Shown here: positions 60,311 to 64,000 of the stretch, one piece after another | Position numbering within the stretch: position 1 is the first letter of the stretch | Layout of the letters: the number at the start of each line of letters is the position of its first letter | NCBI RefSeq assembly: GCF_018350175.1 | Contig: NC_058368.1 | Span: 3,968,001-4,032,000, forward strand | DNA from: Felis catus | Lineage: Eukaryota | Length of the DNA stretch: 64,000 nucleotides | Direction: 5' to 3' | Program-made: the position numbers and the translations under genes | The notes under the pieces: generated by a model | Databases searched by the model: none | What the model saw: only the letters and a program-made list of their open reading frames with translations | Told to the model about the DNA's origin: nothing

Positions 60311-62869
60311 CGAAGAAAACTAATACGAGCATTGCAGTTGATGGAAATACATCGCTGTACCACCACGTGTAGAATCCCTCTGGGCACAAAAACTCTTTAA
60401 TGCGGCTACCTTGACCTTCCCGGTGGTTTATCGAACTGTCTTCTCGAGATGGTCTCCGTCGCTTTCCAGAACGGTCAGAACAGACGGCTCTGTCCCGAAG
60501 ACACACATAAACAAGACACGATGCAAACTCCCTATCGGCTCATCCGAGTTCTCCTTCTCGCCCTCATCTCTCACTGGCTCCGGGTGACTTTCCCCACCTC
60601 CCACCTACCTTGCCACGCCACGCTCCAGCCTCCTCAAATGAACCCTCTGGGCCCTTCGTGTAGCCTCCTTCCCTCCTCAATGTCCACTCCACCTTCAGAC
60701 CCAACCTTCTTCAGGGAGCCCGATGCTTCACAAGGCAGCACAGCCACGAGCCTGTCTTCTAGCTTCTCCATCACTCACGTCATTTGCGTCTCCTCCCCGA
60801 GCTCGCGAGGTCAGGGCACCGGGGTCCTGAGCTCCACTTTCAAAGCCTCATGCAGAGTAACCTCTCTAAGGGAAAAGGAGGTCTTCAGCCGGCACTGCAG
60901 GTGGCTCAGGCAGAATTTATCCAGCCCCACGTAAGACCCAACAAGCCAGACAAATGACAAAACTTCCCTTCTCTTTGTGCTAGTGTAGACACAATTGCTT
61001 GACTTCTATTTTTAGTTACATTGGACGTGCTCTGGGAAATGAGGTCATGCTTCTGAATTAACATTCCTGCCCGTTCTGCTTCCAACGAGGGTACTACGAA
61101 TTCCCCAAAGTGCCGTCAGAACGATGAGAAAATCGGCTTGTCCAGACTCTCTTTCCCTGATGCTTTTGCATCCATATCGCTAATGGGAATAAGGGCTAGT
61201 TGCTGGGTTGCCAAAAATCCTAGGTGATTCACAACCAGCTTTGCCAAAGCAAAATTAACCAGTAGGGGCCTTATGTGTAGTCACGCGCACATATACCCAT
61301 TGACTGATCCAAACGGACGTCGCATTAGAAAGGGAAAATAAAATAAAAGGACTCGGCCCCCTGGATGTCAGAGATGACACATCTTGGGCCACATTCGCCA
61401 TTCTGAGGACGACTAGAACCACATGTGAATTCCTCTGAATTCTGAATTGCTCTTCCCTTCATGGCGACCTCTGGTTAAACATCCTCTCCTGGAACATTTT
61501 GTAGGAAGCGCGGAGGCAGCGTGAGCCGACGAGAGCAGTATGCACGTTAATATAAACGTGCTGCTTGTTCATAATTAGAAAGTTTGAATGGAGTCTCAGC
61601 CCCAGACACGGCAGCAGGAAATTCATGATACAAACCTATCCCCTTATAAAACTAAACAAGTTGAACACAGAAAAGGAAATGGTAAGGGCAACAAATACCA
61701 CGGCTCATGTCTTCCTTTTTTCTGCCTCTCCCGCCTACGGTTCTTCTTCCGGTCAGTTGGCTTTCCTTCTTCTACTTGTCCTTTGTTTTCCCGCGTCGTT
61801 GTCCTTCACTTTCTGCCCTTCTCCATCCTCTGCCCCTTGTGTGGTAGTGAATTGAGGGTGAGCCTGCCCCACCCCCCTACCTCACACCTGCCAGCCGGGG
61901 GGATTGACACGGGTCTGAGCTCACTTTCCCACCTGCCCACTGGACTGATTGTCAGGTTACTGTCAGGTGAAATGGGGCACCTGGGAGGTGCTCATTTATT
62001 CATCTAAAAAGAAGCGTAGCATCCACGGTGCCCCGGGCACTGGTATCAGGCTAAAAGAGCACGTTCCTGCCTAGGGGGCTTGTCACCTCCCGGGAACAGC
62101 AATCAGGCAGAAATTGCAAGATGGCGGCCTCCACCCCCTTTTCTTTTTCTCACCCCCATTCTTTCCCTTCATGCTTCTCTCTTGCTTGGGCATCTGAATG
62201 GCCAAAATCAACATTGACGGGGCTTTCCTGGACCAGCACCATGGTTCATGAGCCAGTCAGGAAAGGGACTGCCCTCCTGGTGGATTTTATATCTGGAATG
62301 AAATCTGTTTCGTTTTGTTCTTTCTTCCCCCATTATCTTCGTGCCCACGCACACCGCAGAGTTCAGCTTCCAGGCAGATCTATCTAAGACACCGGTGGTG
62401 GCTTACGGCCCAGTTAGGGCACACTTCAGGTCCTCTACATCTTTCCTGCGCATGAACAAAGTCCCAGTTGAAAGTGGTCCTGGCATTCCCTTCCCCCGCA
62501 TCCTCATTTGCCTGTGCGTGTTTGTAGAAATGATTTGTCTTTCCACCTCTTCAGACCTTCCTGAGGAAGGACAGTGCAGACAGAATAACTATCACCAGCA
62601 CACTCCTACCACTCTCAGGGGCCAGGGAGCTGTCCTTTGATCACCGCTTGCTTCTTCACACAGGAGGGCAATGACAGGCTATTCCCATAGCTAACACCTC
62701 CTTCCCAAGTATATTTGTATTTTAACAGGGGATTCTTCATTTCTGCTGCTGGGTGGGAACTGGGTTCATATTGGGGGAAGTTTAGTTACCCGATTCCCCC
62801 TGAAGTCATATCTCGAGGATAGTTGTTCATTTTCAGTAGCAATGATGACGGTGAGAAACTCAAAACAAG

Positions 62870-63085
62870 GCCTAATAATAATCCCTGCCATTAATTAAGT
62901 ACTTACCAGCCACCAAGTGCTTATTTAAATCTTCACTAAAACTCTATGAGGCATTTTTATTACTATTTTATTCCAAAGGATGATGAAAGATTCAAAAAGG
63001 TCATAACTGCCCAAGACCACACACAGGGCCAACATCTAACCCCACTCGAAGTGAACCCCAAACCTGGGTTTTTAATCACTGTCCA
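62870..63085. mobile_element. MIR fragment
   Basis: actctatgaggc...attactattttattccaaaggatgatgaaaga...aaggtcataactgcccaagaccacaca. Confidence 0.55.
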
Positions 63086-63583
63086 CATCCCCATACGGGG
63101 TTGTGACTGACAGAACTAGAGATGTTTATCCTGGAGAAAAAAAAAAAAAAAATGACTCCCAGGGACGTCTTATGCTATCTAAATAGAGGAACGTTTTTCA
63201 TGTATAAATATTTCTGTGGCTCCAGAGACAGACAAATTTGGGGTTCACTCTGATGAAACACATCCCAACAACTAGAACAATTCTCATTTTTATTCATTTA
63301 CCACCAACTACCTGTCAAATCCACATCCACCCATCATATTCACTCCCCCCATGTACCTACAAAGAAGACATCATCCACACTTAGAAGTCAGAGAAGATAA
63401 ATAATCTGCCTCAGGTTTCCTTGCAAATGCAAGTGTCAACATTGGGATTCAGGTCTCTGCTCAATTTCCCTTATTCTGTGCTGCTCTCCAGAATTGAGTG
63501 AGGAGAAAAGGCTTTGCTTGAGATTTTAAAAACCGTGCATGATCAGCATGCCCTGGAGACAGCAAGGTCCTAGGTTCTCTTCT

Positions 63584-63796
63584 TTAAAAAAAAAAAAAAA
63601 AAAAAAAGTTCATTTATTTTTGAGAGAGAGAGAAAGCACGGGGGAGGGGCAAAAAGAGAGGGAGACAGAGGATCCAAAGTGGAATCCATGCTGACAGCAG
63701 AGAGCCCAATGCCAGGCTCGAACTCACAGGCTGAGCTGTGAGATCATGACCTGAGCTCAAGTTGGACGTTCAACCAACTGAGCCACCCGGGGGCCC
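63584..63796 (-). mobile_element. SINEC with TSD
   Basis: TSD ctaggttctcttct at 63570-63583 and 63797-63810. Confidence 0.93.
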
Positions 63797-64000
63797 CTAG
63801 GTTCTCTTCTAAGAGCTGATCACGGTCTTGTATTTCAAACAGATGGCAATTTTACAGGCTGGCCAGATGTAGGCGCGTGTTAGCTCTCACACATACACAC
63901 GGGGGAACAATTCTAAACATAAATTTACAAGCATGAATTACACAATGAAGATATAGACACTCGGCCAAAAAGGGGAGATTTTACAAATTAACTACGTCCT

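Overview
Mammalian, not prokaryotic, genomic DNA. Carnivore tRNA-derived SINEs of felid type (SINEC_Fc-like) and a felid-type L1 3' end point to a cat or other felid. The window holds the convergent SGCG/SACS locus. The last coding exon of SGCG (gamma-sarcoglycan) is on + at 2064-2237. SACS (sacsin) is on -, with eight frame-consistent GT-AG coding exons from 49117 down to the stop at 8691 (equivalent to human exons 3-10, including the ~11.6 kb giant exon), a ~1.35 kb 3'UTR and a CpG-island promoter at ~48.7-49.9 kb. I did not find the human-type distal start exon (METKENR). Instead the CpG island contains a short in-frame candidate start exon (MGDR) preceded by a uORF. The rest is intronic or intergenic DNA with 17 SINEC copies, L1/MIR/MLT/DNA-transposon relics and microsatellites. 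I found no convincing previously undescribed biological system. The most interesting observations are the candidate proximal start exon with its uORF, a GC-biased CpG-rich stretch in SACS exon 8, and three SINEs stacked at one re-used target site. Comparisons with human and repeat-family names are from memory, not from a search.
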